Assembly (NCBI GenBank): GCA_963836185.1
Contig: CAWIIQ010000001.1
Location: 1,088,001-1,152,000 of the forward strand
From: Candidatus Krumholzibacteriia bacterium
Lineage (GTDB): Bacteria; Krumholzibacteriota; Krumholzibacteriia; Krumholzibacteriales; Krumholzibacteriaceae
Direction of reading: 5' to 3'
DNA length: 64,000 nt
Below the pieces are notes generated by a model that did not search any database, was not told where the DNA came from, and saw only the letters and a program-made list of their open reading frames with translations. The translations under genes and the position numbers were made by a program. Positions within the stretch are counted from its first letter, which is position 1. Every line of letters starts with the position of its first letter. Shown here in pieces: positions 41,203 through 52,939 of the stretch.

Positions 41203-43064
41203 ATACTTACGCGGACGGAAACGTTTCGATTTTCAGGCTGATCAGGTACGACAGGGCTGTAGACCAGTGGTACATCGCCCAACTGGTAGCCTTCGTCCTG
41301 GCGCTGTTTCTCCACGTCTTTCAGGTACCCGGCTCGCTGATGACATGGGGGGAGTTTGGAGGCAGGCCGATTACGTTCGACCTGCTCTACCTTACGGCCC
41401 TCGCCTATTTCGTGTTCATCGTCATCATGACCGGGGTCAGGACGAAGAGCTCTATGATGTGCATGACGTTGCCGCTCTCTACCAGGAGGGTCTGGCTCTC
41501 CCGGATCCTGTCGATGCTGTTCGTATCCCAGCTGCCGATAATCCTTGTCACGATCGTCACCGCCTTCAGGGCGCCCGGCGGGGGAGAGCCGTTCTACCTC
41601 GACAGTTTCACTCTAAGACTGGGATTTCACACATGCTCGGCGATGGCGATGCTTACGATGCTTCTCCAGCTGCCGATGCTGGAACTGGGGCGTATCACCA
41701 GGCTCGGCTCTTACGCAGCCTACACAGGTTTCATCGCTGCTGTCGTGGTCTTCGCCGCGATGGTCACAGTCGGGGTCACATGGGCCTCGTGGCTGTTCCT
41801 CCTGGCGCGGCCTGGTCATCGTGATGTGGATACAGATGAACCTGCCTCCTTCCTTTTCCACCATGCCGGCTGAACCGGAGAGGGACGGCGCTGTCGAGAC
41901 GGGTACGCTGCCGGCCGCCGAGGCTTCGGAAAAAGGCAGCCCCGCTTCTGTTGTCACAGTCTCCCCGGCGCTGACAAAGACGCGGCTCTATCTGACACTT
42001 GCCCGCGTGGTGGTGAACAGGTGGAACTACTGGATAGACTGCCTGCTTCTTGTCTTCTACGCGATGATGGCGGTGATGTCGTATCTACAACGGCGCGAGG
42101 GAAAATCCATGGTGGCTCTTCGGGTTCATCTGGATATACGCGGCGCTGATGCAGAGTATCCAGGTGCTGAAAAAGGTCGATTTCCTTCCTGTCTCGAGGA
42201 ACCTGCTCTTCGGGATGACGATGACCCCGATCATCTTCGCGATCATCCTCGGGATGGGATTCGGTTATCTGAGCATAGCTGTGCAGCCGCAGGAGCAGAG
42301 GCTTATCAGCTTTTCCGGCGGCAGGCTGCGATATCCCGAAGGAGTTCTACGAGATGACGGAGGACGGTCCGCCGCCGGTTCTCACGTCGTTATGGGGTGA
42401 GTTTCACATGCCGGAGGCTCATCCTCTCTTCGCTGGATCGCGAAGATATGTATACAAGCCTTTTGACACGGGACCTGAAAGTTCCCCGAGATTCATCGCC
42501 CTTCAGATAGACAGGGCCGTTGAAGCGATACATGGCATAGAGCGGGACCCGCTCGAGAAATACGAGGATCTCGATGAGGAATTCATCGCCGGTGCCGGGG
42601 AAGGCTGTTGCAGTGTGAAGGAGTCGGTCGGCAGGGCTTCAGATACGAGGAGCAGGGTGTTCGCTCTCGCGGGGATCATCTCCGCCGCATTCTACTCTGT
42701 GATAATTGCGTTTCAGATCGGATACGGCGGAAAACATGGAGGAAAGCATCCAGGTAATCTCATCTTGCCCGGAGCCGTGATCATGATATTTCTCGTGATC
42801 ATGTCGGTCGTTCTTGCCGGTAAGGCGGGATTGTGCGAACCGTCGTTCGTGGAGGCGGTCCCGTCTATCTATATGCGAAGGCTTGCAGACGTGATCCCGC
42901 TCTCGACTCGCGACGCTCTGGATCGTTTTCTCCGCCGTCTGCGTGGCAGGGTACTTCATGCTGCAGTCGGCCTACAGACATTTCGAGGCTCCGATGGCAC
43001 AAGGTGCCCGGAAGAAGGCCCTGTAAACGCATCGCTGGATCAGGCGCCCGGCAGTCACTTATGA
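41199..43064 (+). CDS. Large membrane protein, probable ABC permease (multiple frameshifts)
   Basis: Consecutive hydrophobic ORF fragments following the ABC ATPase. Confidence 0.55.
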
Positions 43065-43084
43065 TTGGCCGGGCGCCTTTTTTT
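43042..43084 (+). terminator. Intrinsic terminator
   Basis: AGGCGCCCGGC...GCCGGGCGCCT + T run. Confidence 0.75.
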
Positions 43085-43131
43085 ATGATATACGGAAAAG
43101 GACAGACGGTTTTATCAAAGCGAGGACCTTA

Positions 43132-43797
43132 TTGATGAGCGGTGAATATACAGTCGGAGTGCCGGGATGGTTCACCTGCGCCTGGCATATCCTGAAGACG
43201 CGTCCGAACATCGTCATGAGAGGGCTCGTCATCATGCTTCTCTTCTCACTTGTCGGCGTCTTCCTCGGGATGCTGCCGGGGGGGTACTACATCGCTCTCG
43301 CGGTCCAGCTTACGATCGGTCTCGTGCTGCAGGGAGGGTGGAACCTCTTCTGCCTGAAGCTCGTTCGCGAGGAGGATGTCTCGCCGGCTATAATTTTCGA
43401 GCCCTTCAACCGATTCGGCCAGACCTGGATGGTATCGATACTCCTGTCTCTGATGACTGCAGCGGGGCTGTTTTTCTTCATAATCCCCGGGCTGTACGTA
43501 CTGGCGAGGTTCGGGATGGGGGTATTCGCTCTTGTGGACAGGAAGCTCGATGTGTCCGAAGCGCTCGACTTCAGCTCGATGATAACCGAGGGCAGCAGGC
43601 TGCAGGTACTGCTGCTCCATCTCATAATCGGGGGACTGGGCATGATCTTCCTGTTGCCGGGCCTGCTCGAGCCTGAGGGAAACATCGGCATGGTCATGCT
43701 CCTGATCTACCAGTTTATCATGATACCGCTTGCCGGAACGGCCTATGCCGCCGCTTACGACAGCCTCGTAGAGACTAGGGCGGGAGAGCAGGAATGA
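43132..43797 (+). CDS. Membrane protein (DUF975-like)
   Basis: GLFFFIIPGLY, EALDFS. Confidence 0.6.
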   Translation: MMSGEYTVGVPGWFTCAWHILKTRPNIVMRGLVIMLLFSLVGVFLGMLPGGYYIALAVQLTIGLVLQGGWNLFCLKLVREEDVSPAIIFEPFNRFGQTWMVSILLSLMTAAGLFFFIIPGLYVLARFGMGVFALVDRKLDVSEALDFSSMITEGSRLQVLLLHLIIGGLGMIFLLPGLLEPEGNIGMVMLLIYQFIMIPLAGTAYAAAYDSLVETRAGEQE

Positions 43798-44600
43798 ACG
43801 ACGGTGTCGTATTCGCCCTTATCCTTACCGCTCTTGCCGGCCTGTCCACCGGCGTCGGGAGCGCGATAGCTTTTCTAGCCAGGCATACGAATAAGAAGCT
43901 TCTCTGCCTCTCACTCGGGTTTTCCGCCGGGGTCATGATCTACGTATCGATGATAGAACTCCTCGGAGCGGCGCGGGATTCCCTGACCGCCGAGCTTGGG
44001 AACCCGACGGGGGGATGGATAGTGCTTCTCTCGTTTTTCGGCGGGATGCTTGTCGTCGCGATGATCGACAGGCTCGTTCCCTCGTTCGAGAATCCTCACG
44101 AGCTGCACATGCTCGAAGAGATGTCGGATGAGGCGAGGGAGAGGGATCCGAGGCTCCTGAGGATGGGGGTGCTGTCCGCGATCGCGATCGCGGTGCATAA
44201 CTTCCCCGAGGGGATGGCGACATTCGCGGCGGCGCTGAAGGACCCGGCGCTCGGCGTCTCGATCGCCGTGGCGATCGCGATACACAACATACCTGAAGGA
44301 ATCGCCGTATCGGTGCCTATCTTCTACGCGACAGGAAACAGGAAGAAGGCCTTCTCGTGGTCGTTCCTGTCCGGGCTCGCAGAACCGGTCGGGGCGGTCA
44401 TCGGCTACCTGATCCTGATGCCTTATCTCGATGATACTGTCTTCGGCGTGCTTTTCGCTTCAGTCGCGGGGATAATGGTCTTCATCTCGTTCGACGAGCT
44501 TCTCCCCGCCGCGGAGGAGTACGGCGAGCACCACATCGCGCTATACGGCCTTCTTGCCGGCATGGCGATAATGGCTGTAAGTCTCGTCATCCTGCAGTGA
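43794..44600 (+). CDS. zupT: ZIP family zinc transporter
   Basis: GFSAGVMIYVS, HNFPEG, HNIPEG. Confidence 0.92.
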   Translation: MNDGVVFALILTALAGLSTGVGSAIAFLARHTNKKLLCLSLGFSAGVMIYVSMIELLGAARDSLTAELGNPTGGWIVLLSFFGGMLVVAMIDRLVPSFENPHELHMLEEMSDEARERDPRLLRMGVLSAIAIAVHNFPEGMATFAAALKDPALGVSIAVAIAIHNIPEGIAVSVPIFYATGNRKKAFSWSFLSGLAEPVGAVIGYLILMPYLDDTVFGVLFASVAGIMVFISFDELLPAAEEYGEHHIALYGLLAGMAIMAVSLVILQ

Positions 44601-44611
44601 GATCCGTTCCG

Positions 44612-45631
44612 TCAGCGCTCCACACCCGTCAGCTCGTTGTAGACCGCCTCGACACCGGCGTCGAGCATGTAGGCCCACGGCAGCCCGGAATACTTCTCCA
44701 TCTTCACCGATTCCTTCGCCTGATCGAGCGACTGTCCCGACTTTACTGCTTCACCTACTTCGGCTCGCAGATCGCTCAGGTACTCCACCTTCCAGGCGAG
44801 CCCGCTCTTGTCGGTCAATTCGCCGTGCCCTGGGATGACTACCTCGACATCCCAGCCTGATACTCTCTCGAGAGAGGCGATCCAGTTCTCCGTGTCGCTG
44901 CCGGCCTTCCAGTCGATATAAGGATGACGCATGTAGAAGAGCATGTCGCCCATATGAACGGCCTTGAGATCGACGAAATGGACGAGGGTGTTTCCGCTCG
45001 TGTGAGAGGCGCCCGGGTAGATAAGCCTTATTTCATGGCTTCCCAGGGTTATCGACATCGCGTCGGAGTAAGTCTTGTCGGGGTAGACGAGCACGATCTC
45101 ACTTACCTCGGCGAGGTCGCTCTTCGCCTTCTCTACGGCCTTCGCGGCCTCGGCGAGTTCCTCCTCGCCGGCGCCATCGAGAGATGCGAGCTTTTCCTCA
45201 GCCTCTTCGATGCGCGCGGGATACGCTTCTTCGACCATCTTTTTGAGGTTCGGCTCGTTGAATGTCTTCTGGTTAACAGGGAGGTTCTCGTGAGATATTA
45301 CAGTCACATCCTCGGGGAAACTCTGGGCCCCAAGCACATGATCCATGTGATAGTGGGTCAATATGAGATACTTGACCGGACTGTCGGTCAGTTTCGCGAT
45401 CTCAGCGAGTATCGCGTCACCGTGCGCCGGTTTTGTCCCCGAATCGACTACGAGGACCCCTTCATCCGTGACAAGAAAGGCTACGTTTCCGACGACACCT
45501 GTGAGGAAGTAGAGGCCGTCAGCCGCCTCCGTTACAACGATCTCCGTCTGGCTCCTTGACGGGGAGATCGGAGCGGCGAGGATCATGAAAACGCAGGCCA
45601 GTACAATCGCGGAACGGACCGGGTATCTCAT
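44612..45631 (-). CDS. Exported MBL-fold metallo-hydrolase
   Basis: THYHMDH, SHTSG, MGD, PGHG. Confidence 0.85.
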   Translation of the reverse strand: MRYPVRSAIVLACVFMILAAPISPSRSQTEIVVTEAADGLYFLTGVVGNVAFLVTDEGVLVVDSGTKPAHGDAILAEIAKLTDSPVKYLILTHYHMDHVLGAQSFPEDVTVISHENLPVNQKTFNEPNLKKMVEEAYPARIEEAEEKLASLDGAGEEELAEAAKAVEKAKSDLAEVSEIVLVYPDKTYSDAMSITLGSHEIRLIYPGASHTSGNTLVHFVDLKAVHMGDMLFYMRHPYIDWKAGSDTENWIASLERVSGWDVEVVIPGHGELTDKSGLAWKVEYLSDLRAEVGEAVKSGQSLDQAKESVKMEKYSGLPWAYMLDAGVEAVYNELTGVER

Positions 45632-45733
45632 CTGAATCTCCTTCGTTATGGTGTAAACGATTGAAATACGGACGAGGCGATTGTAACATCGACCGGTATC
45701 GAAATCCAGGGTTCTCGAAAGAGGAGCAATCTC

Positions 45734-46078
45734 ATGGACGGTGAAAAGAAAGGCCTCGATCCCGGTATAGCCCGTCAGGCGGCGGCGCTGGCCGAGTACC
45801 AGGAAGGCTCGGTAGTCAGCAGGACAGTCATCGACAAGAAGATCGGGACCGTCTCCGTATTCGCCTTCGACGCGGGTGAGGGTCTCAGCGAGCACACCGC
45901 GCCGTTCGATGCCCTCGTGCACGTCATCGATGGAAAGGCCGAGATAACAATATCCGGAGAGGCGATAGACGTCTGTGCCGGGGAGATGATCATCATGCCC
46001 GCCGGCAGGCCGCACTCGCTGAGGGCCGCCGAGAGGTTCAAGATGGTGCTGATAATGATAAGGCAGAAGGTCGAATAG
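45734..46078 (+). CDS. Cupin domain protein
   Basis: FAFDAGEGLSEHTAPFDA, PAGRPH. Confidence 0.85.
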   Translation: MDGEKKGLDPGIARQAAALAEYQEGSVVSRTVIDKKIGTVSVFAFDAGEGLSEHTAPFDALVHVIDGKAEITISGEAIDVCAGEMIIMPAGRPHSLRAAERFKMVLIMIRQKVE

Positions 46079-46117
46079 AGCAGCCAGGCAGAGAATTGAA
46101 CGTCGAAAGGAGCACCG

Positions 46118-46848
46118 ATGACTCATGACCCCTCTGAATTTCTCAGGATAGCCGGGATAGAGCTACCGTCTGATCGGGATGTACGATGCTCCCGACAGAT
46201 CCCCCTTCGAGCCTATCGTCGAGCCGAAGCCGGGAAAGCAGACCTGCGTCTTCGCCTTCTATCGCGAGCTGGCTCAAGGGGAAGACCGCCGCTTTTTCGA
46301 AGGAATCGATCGGCTGCGGCGGATTCGGGAGTCATATATTCGGCGTAAGGACGATGCCGAAGGAGGCGTTCATTGATTTTCTCTATGGACAGGAGGGTCT
46401 TAAGGCCTCGCGCGAGCTGATGGAGGAGTGGATCGACGCGATGAACTGCTACGAGCCGGAGAACGAGTTCATACTCGTCGGTCCTCTCAATGAGAGCCAG
46501 TACGACTGTCTGAAGACTGTGACGTTCCTCGTCAATCCCGACCAGCTGTCCCTGATGGTCTACGCGGTGCACTACCATGCGGCTCCGGGCGATCCTCTTC
46601 CGATGAAGGCGCCTTTCGACTCGGGGTGCGGCCAGCTTCTCCCGGGATTCGACGACCTTACAGTCGCGCAGGCGATGCTCGGCGCCACGGATATCGCGAT
46701 GAGGAAGTTCATGCCGCCCGATATACTCGCGCTGACCGTGACAAAGCCGATGTTCGAGAGGATATGCTCGCTCGGTGAGGACAGTTTCCTGCACAAGCCT
46801 TTCTGGAAGGACCTCATCAAGGCGAGGGGAAGGCAGGCCGTGGACTGA
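46118..46848 (+). CDS. DUF169 family protein (frameshifts)
   Basis: GCGG, VTFLVNPDQLS, APFDSGC. Confidence 0.7.
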
Positions 46849-47065
46849 TCATTCCTTCAGGCGGCGGCCTGCGATCACATATTTGCTGAACTTGTCGGCG
46901 ATGAAATGTTTCCGGACGCCGTCGACCGCCTCGACCCACTGGGCCTCGATCTCTCCCGAAGGCCCTTTATCTGGACAAGAAGGATTATTGTTGAGATACT
47001 CAAAGCCGGCCGCGGGAGCGGGAGGGATACGAAGATGGTCTCGATATTTAAAGGGAGGTAACACC

Positions 47066-47488
47066 GTGGAAGAGATAAGGGACAAGATCATGAGCATCAT
47101 CGGGAAGCCGTTTCTCGCCGGCTTCGCGACGCTGACCGGGGATGGAAAGCCCTGGGTGCGCTACGTATTCGCGGTCGGTTCCGATGATATGACGATCCGT
47201 TTTTCCACTTTCGTCAACGCGAGGAAGGCCGCGCATATCGCGGAGAATCCAGAGATCCACATGACGGGCGGGGTGCTCGATCCGATGAACTGGACCAACT
47301 ACCTCCAGATACAGGGAAAGGCCGAGCTGTCGACCGATCAGGCTGAGAAGGACGCATTCTGGAACGATGAGATCGCGCAGATATTCAAGGGCCCTGACGA
47401 TCCTGATTACGCCGTCGTCATAGTCAGGCCGTACAGGATAGAGGTCAACTCTCACGGCAGTTTCATCCCCGAGATATGGGAGCCCTGA
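47066..47488 (+). CDS. Pyridoxamine 5'-phosphate oxidase-like (general stress) protein
   Basis: ATLTGDGKPWVR, FKGPDDPDY. Confidence 0.8.
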   Translation: MEEIRDKIMSIIGKPFLAGFATLTGDGKPWVRYVFAVGSDDMTIRFSTFVNARKAAHIAENPEIHMTGGVLDPMNWTNYLQIQGKAELSTDQAEKDAFWNDEIAQIFKGPDDPDYAVVIVRPYRIEVNSHGSFIPEIWEP

Positions 47489-47510
47489 ACGTGCCGTTGC
47501 CGGAGGAGAG

Positions 47511-48629
47511 ATGAACAGGTTCGCTGCAGCTGTCTGCGCCGTTATCATGATGGGCGCTTCGGCGGCATCGGCCGGTGAAGTCCCGGTCGACTGCCTCGAA
47601 GAGTTCACCCTGACCGAAGAGACCGCGTCAGGATTCGCCCGAATCGCGCTCCACTGTGTCCACAGGGAATTCCCGAACAAGCCGGGCCACGTGATGAACG
47701 ACAGCAGTGAGGTCGCGCCGCCCGCTGTGCTTCACCCGGCATTTTACGGATGCTTTGACTGGCACTCGTCGGTGCACGGTCACTGGATGCTCGTACGGCT
47801 CCTGTCTCTTTTTCCGGGGATTCCGGAAGCACAGGAGATAAGGAAGGCTCTCGATGAGAACCTCTCTGCGGAGAACATACTCGTCGAGGCCGATTATTTC
47901 AGGCAGAAGAGCAGGTCCTCGTTCGAACGGACCTACGGATGGGCCTGGCTGCTCAAGCTCGCCGAGGAGACGGGCCGCTGCCCCGACCCGGCTGCGAAGC
48001 AGTGGAAGAGGAATCTCCAGCCCCTCGTAGATGTGATCGTCGAGAACTACTTCGAGTTCCTGCCGAAGCAGACCTACCCGATAAAGAGAGGGGTCCACCC
48101 CAATACCGCCTTCGGGCTCTCGTTCGCCCTGGACTATGCCTGGTCGACCGGGAACGCGGATCTGGCGCGGCTGATAAACGATACGGGAAGGGAATATTTT
48201 TACGGAAGTATCCCGGAGTGCCCGGCCGCGTGGGAACCTGACGGGGATGATTTCTTTTCCCCATGCCTGATGATCGCCGACCTGATGAGACGGATCCTGC
48301 CGCAGGAAGACTATATTAAATGGCTCACGGGGTTTCTGCCGGAGCTTCGTTACGGCCAGCCCGGATCACTTCTCGAACCGGCTGTGGTATCTGACAGGAG
48401 CGATCCGAAGATCGTGCACCTCGACGGTCTCAACCTGAGCAGGGCGTGGTGCATGAAAGGTATCGCGATGGCTCTTCCCGGTGACGATCCGCGCCGGGAG
48501 ATCCTCGAAAGGTCGGCATGTCTTCACGCCGGTGCGACACTGCCCCATATCTCGAGCGGCAATTACGAGGGTGAGCACTGGCTCGCCTCATTCGCAGTAT
48601 TCCTTCTGGCGGGAGGTGAGGGAAAGTGA
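47511..48629 (+). CDS. DUF2891 family protein
   Basis: FYGCFDWHSSVHGHW, FERTYGWAW, HLDGLNLSRAW. Confidence 0.85.
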   Translation: MNRFAAAVCAVIMMGASAASAGEVPVDCLEEFTLTEETASGFARIALHCVHREFPNKPGHVMNDSSEVAPPAVLHPAFYGCFDWHSSVHGHWMLVRLLSLFPGIPEAQEIRKALDENLSAENILVEADYFRQKSRSSFERTYGWAWLLKLAEETGRCPDPAAKQWKRNLQPLVDVIVENYFEFLPKQTYPIKRGVHPNTAFGLSFALDYAWSTGNADLARLINDTGREYFYGSIPECPAAWEPDGDDFFSPCLMIADLMRRILPQEDYIKWLTGFLPELRYGQPGSLLEPAVVSDRSDPKIVHLDGLNLSRAWCMKGIAMALPGDDPRREILERSACLHAGATLPHISSGNYEGEHWLASFAVFLLAGGEGK

Positions 48630-49207
48630 GCTGGAAACAGCCCGTGGATCATTTCGTATGCACCAAGGATGAAGCGAAGGAGATCGCCGGCGCTCTTGAA
48701 AGATTCTGGGTGTCGATCTGCTGGTGCAGGGAAGAGAAGGGCAAGTGCCTGCGCTCCCCTATGGAGGTCTGCCTCAGCTTTCGTGAGGATGCGCCCGTAA
48801 ATCCGGCGGGAAAAAAGGAGATCTCGAAGGATGAAGCGCTGGACCTGATAGAGAATGCCCGCAGATGGGGGCTCGTTTCCCGGGCATATGCGAAAAGGGG
48901 TAGTGCCGGTCAACTCGACGGGATCTGTCTCTGCTGCGACGACTGCTGCTCATTCTTTACGGAACGCACGGAGGATAAACCGGCGCGTGGCCAGTTTATC
49001 GAGAGGACGATCGAAGGATGCTGCTCGTCGTGCGGTATGTGCGAGAGAGCGTGCAGGTTCGAGGCGCGCCAGATGGACGAGGGAGTGCTCGTCGTAATGA
49101 GGCACCGCTGCTACGGCTGCGGCGTCTGCGCCGATACCTGCCCTACAAACTGCATCGAGATGGTGCCGAGGATGCCCGGGCCCTCGATCGTGCCTCAGGA
49201 CGAGTAG
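48626..49207 (+). CDS. 4Fe-4S dicluster domain protein
   Basis: CSSCGMCERAC, CYGCGVCADTCP. Confidence 0.8.
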   Translation: MSWKQPVDHFVCTKDEAKEIAGALERFWVSICWCREEKGKCLRSPMEVCLSFREDAPVNPAGKKEISKDEALDLIENARRWGLVSRAYAKRGSAGQLDGICLCCDDCCSFFTERTEDKPARGQFIERTIEGCCSSCGMCERACRFEARQMDEGVLVVMRHRCYGCGVCADTCPTNCIEMVPRMPGPSIVPQDE

Positions 49208-50338
49208 ATAACCGGCTTTTCCGTGTATATTACGCCGCGTTCCCTCAATCCGGCGAACAGGTATTCCACGCATTCCGCTTTTTCACCGATGAACTCCGGA
49301 GCGATGATCCCTTTCCTGTCATAAATTCCTCCGGCGAGCATCCTCAGCGCCACAGTCGCCGTGTACCCGGTTGTCCGGGCCATGGAATGCACGCCGGAGG
49401 TTTCGTCATGCCTGTCAAAGAGATCGTATTCGTATCCGGCAGCTGCCCCTTCCTTAGTTCCCTCCACGATCACCTTCATCACGGTCAGGTCCCGGTCGTC
49501 CTCCGCGAGTTCCCAGAGAGGGAAGAGGAGCCTGGCAGTAAAGTCGAGGGGCCTTATCTTCGTTCCGTTTATCTCTATCTCGCCGGTCGAGAAGAATCCC
49601 GATTCTCTCAGCACGGCGATCTTCTCGATGTGGCCGGGATACCGGAGGGTCTTTTCCTTCATGTCAGGGATCTTCATCGTGTCGGCCAGCGATCTCAGCC
49701 CGTCGCTGTTAAACGATTCGAGAGTCCCGATACCGGGGAAATCGAGGTACTCAGGATCGGAAAGGGCCGGGCGAGTGACGAGCCGGCCGTTCTCTACATA
49801 CCTCGCCGGTCTCGTGTATTCCTCAACGACATCGATGGGGGAGAAGCCGGCCTTGTATTCCCAGGGCCAGGTCCTTCTTATGGGAAGCCCTCCTACATAT
49901 ATCAGCGCGCTTGAAGCCTCATCGAGCATGCCGGCGGCGTACGATACGAGAACGTTGCTCATCCCCGGCGCTACCCCGCAGTCTACGATCGCGGTAACGC
50001 CGCGCTCGAGGGCGAGCTCGTCGAGGTCGAAGGGGTCCTCGGGGAAGAAGGCGATATCGACTGACGTCGATGCCGGCCTCTATGACCGATCTGAGGACCG
50101 AATGGCCCATGAACCCGGGAGTTGCGTTTATCACGTAGTCCGCCCCGGCGACGATGCTTTTCACCTTTTCGCAGTCGGAGAGGTCGGCCCGTACCTTGAT
50201 TATCTCCGGGGCATCGTCGAGCTTCGCCAGATTTCTGCTGCTGATGTCGGCGACCGCGACCTCGAATTCTCCGTCCCTGGCCAGGTCCCTCGCCATCGGG
50301 CCTCCGACGAGCCCCGCTCCGAGTATGATCACCTTCAT
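49195..50338 (-). CDS. Saccharopine dehydrogenase family protein (frameshift)
   Basis: ILGAGLVG, EKTLRYPGH, SMARTTGY. Confidence 0.85.
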
Positions 50339-50695
50339 AATGCTCTCCCGTATGATGCATTGCCGGCCGGCAAGAGCCGACAGGTATAAGTAAATGCAAT
50401 GATGTCAGTTAAGAATATTCGGGCAGATACGGATCAAAGGCCGCTGAAGCGGTTCAGATAGCCGAGCAGGAAGCGCCAGGTATCCGATATCGAACCGTGA
50501 GGTATGCGTGAGTCATATTCCATACATTGATATTAGCACTGAAACTCTCCGTGTCAACCTGATTTGGTAAGTGGTATTCACGCAGGGCGTTAAAAAAATA
50601 TATTGAACCGAATCAGGATTGTAATTATTATTGCGCTTCGTCTTTATCAAGAGTACAGAAGATTTTGACACCCTGAACCTCCATGGAGGAGTGAA

Positions 50696-51511
50696 ATGGA
50701 GAACTGGACCGAGTTTCTGATGGATTTCGGCAGGAATTACGGCATCAAGGTCATCGCCGCGATAGCGATACTGATCATCGGCCGTATCGTCGCCGGTATA
50801 CTCAAACGCGTAGTGATGAATATGCTGAAGAAGGGTAAGACCGACGCGGCTATCATCTCTTTCGTAGGCAGTCTCGTCTACGCAGGCATCATGATCTTCA
50901 CGATCCTGGCCGCCCTGTCGAAGTTCGGGATCCAGACGGCCTCGTTCGTCGCGATACTCGGCGCCGCCGGATTCGCGATCGGCTTCGCGATGCAGGGCTC
51001 GCTTTCGAGCTTCGCCGCGGGCGTACTGCTTCTCGTATTCCGTCCGATCAAGGTCGGGGATTTCGTAGAGGTAGCGGGAGTCGCGGGCTCCATCAAGGAG
51101 ATCAAGCTCTTCAATACGATCGTCGCCACACCCGACAATGTGAAGATCTACGTTCCCAACAGCAAGATCAACGGCGACATCATCAAGAACTACGCCGGAT
51201 TCGATGAGAGAAGGATAGACATGGTCGTCGGGATCGGCTACGGCGCGCCTATCGACAAGGCTTACGAGATCATGAAGCAGATCGTCGCGGCCGACAGCCG
51301 GATCCTCGCCGAGCCCGCCGTCCAGATCGCGGTCGCGGAGCTGGCCGATTCGAGCGTCAATTTCGTGCTTCGTCCCTGGGTAAAGAAAGAGGATTACTGG
51401 GGCGTCAAATTCGACGTGACCGAGAAGATCAAGAAGGAGTTCGACGCGGCGGGTATAGAGATACCGTTCCCGCAGACGGACGTCCATCTTTACAGGGAAG
51501 AGACGGCCTGA
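50696..51511 (+). CDS. mscS: Small-conductance mechanosensitive channel
   Basis: GAAGFAIGFAMQGSLS, RPIKVGD, GIEIPFPQ. Confidence 0.9.
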   Translation: MENWTEFLMDFGRNYGIKVIAAIAILIIGRIVAGILKRVVMNMLKKGKTDAAIISFVGSLVYAGIMIFTILAALSKFGIQTASFVAILGAAGFAIGFAMQGSLSSFAAGVLLLVFRPIKVGDFVEVAGVAGSIKEIKLFNTIVATPDNVKIYVPNSKINGDIIKNYAGFDERRIDMVVGIGYGAPIDKAYEIMKQIVAADSRILAEPAVQIAVAELADSSVNFVLRPWVKKEDYWGVKFDVTEKIKKEFDAAGIEIPFPQTDVHLYREETA

Positions 51512-51532
51512 GCCCCGTCTGAAAGGAAAGAA

Positions 51533-52445
51533 ATGAGATTGAGGACTCTGGCGGTCCTGACCGCCCTTTTGATCGGCCTGCCCGCGATAATTAACGCGGC
51601 CGAGCCCTGGAAATATCATCTCGACTCCGACCTTACCCTGACCCAGTCGTACTACACCAGATAACTGGGCAGGCGGAGAGGTCGGGAACATAACCTGGGT
51701 GGGGAACATCAATTTCCTCGCGTCGAAACAGTTCGCCGAGCACTGGAACAACAGGAACACTGTTGAGGCTCAAGTACGGGATGACGCACAGCCAGGACTC
51801 GGAGACAGGCGACTGGCGCCATCCCGAGAAGTCGGATGACCAGATCGATCTCGAGACGATATTCCGATACACGAAATGGAATTCGGTCGATCCTTACGGC
51901 TCGGTCACGTTTCGAGAGCCAGTTCCAGGACAAGAGCGATCCGGTACAGTACACTGTACGTCAATCCGATGAGGTTCACAGAATCGCTCGGTATCTCGAA
52001 GGAACTGTTCAAGACCGAGGAGAGTCACTGGCTCATCCGGTTCGGCCTCGCCGCCAGGCAGGTCGTCGACAGGAACGTACTCGATATCGATACAGGGGAG
52101 CGGGGCACGGAGACCCAGCATGACGAGGGCCTGATGCTCGATACGGACTACCGGGTCCCCTTCGCGGGAGGCAAACTCGTTTACACCGGCAAGCTCAACG
52201 TCTACCAGGCCCTGGCCAACTCCGAATCGGAGAACCTCGCGGGCACGGCGAACGCCGACTACTGGAAGACCCCCGATATCAGGTGGGAGCAGAATCTGGC
52301 GGTCGGTATAACCGGCTACCTCGCGATGAACCTCTACCTCGACTGGCGTTACGACAAGGATGTCGACCTCGCCGGGCGCCTCAAGCAGACGCTCGGACTG
52401 GCCCTTGTCTACAAGTTCGGGAATATCAAGGAAGAAGAAGGCTAG
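51533..52445 (+). CDS. Outer-membrane protein, DUF3078-like (frameshifts)
   Basis: Signal peptide; NWAGGE, KSDDQID, KQTLGLAL. Confidence 0.6.
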
Positions 52446-52471
52446 TAGAGGCGGCAGCTTATTGTGATCAT

Positions 52472-52503
52472 GGGCGCGGATCTCAGTTCCGCGCCCTTTT
52501 TTT
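52472..52503 (+). terminator. Intrinsic terminator
   Basis: GGGCGCGGA-loop-TCCGCGCCC + T7. Confidence 0.8.
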
Positions 52504-52514
52504 ATGCCTGCCCC

Positions 52515-52575
52515 TTGACAGAAAAGAACGGCATGGTTATTATATAGATGTTCGATATATAGAGCTGCGATACAT
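52515..52575 (+). promoter_or_regulatory. Promoter with tandem imperfect palindromes (candidate PadR operators)
   Basis: TTGACA-17 nt-TATTAT; ATATAG-N5-CGATA twice. Confidence 0.5.
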
Positions 52576-52588
52576 CGAGGGACACCCG

Positions 52589-52939
52589 ATGAAGAAGCGG
52601 AAAAGGATAGAGACACAGAACCTGGCGAAGCACTGCAACGAGGACCTGATACTGGCGATCCTCAGCGGCGGCACGAAGCACGGGTATCAGCTCGCTCTCG
52701 AACTCGAGGAAAGAAGCGGCAGCTATTTCCGCCTCAATCACGGGACCCTCTACCCGATACTGCACAAGCTGGAAAAAGATGGGATGATCAAGGGGTCGTG
52801 GAGCGACGAGGGGCCGAAGAGGAGACGGAGGCAGTACGCCCTGACTTCGAAGGGAAAGAAATACGCTTCCGGGCAGGTAGAGGCCTGGAAGGAGTTTTAC
52901 GATAATCTCACCGCGATCATGAAGGACGTGGAAAGATGA
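52589..52939 (+). CDS. PadR family regulator
   Basis: HGYQL, GTLYPILHKLE, RRQYALT. Confidence 0.88.
   Translation: MKKRKRIETQNLAKHCNEDLILAILSGGTKHGYQLALELEERSGSYFRLNHGTLYPILHKLEKDGMIKGSWSDEGPKRRRRQYALTSKGKKYASGQVEAWKEFYDNLTAIMKDVER

Noticed and set aside
44612-46126. 504-aa minus ORF as one protein
   Set aside because: The upstream part is antisense to the cupin gene; the true start with signal peptide is at 45631.
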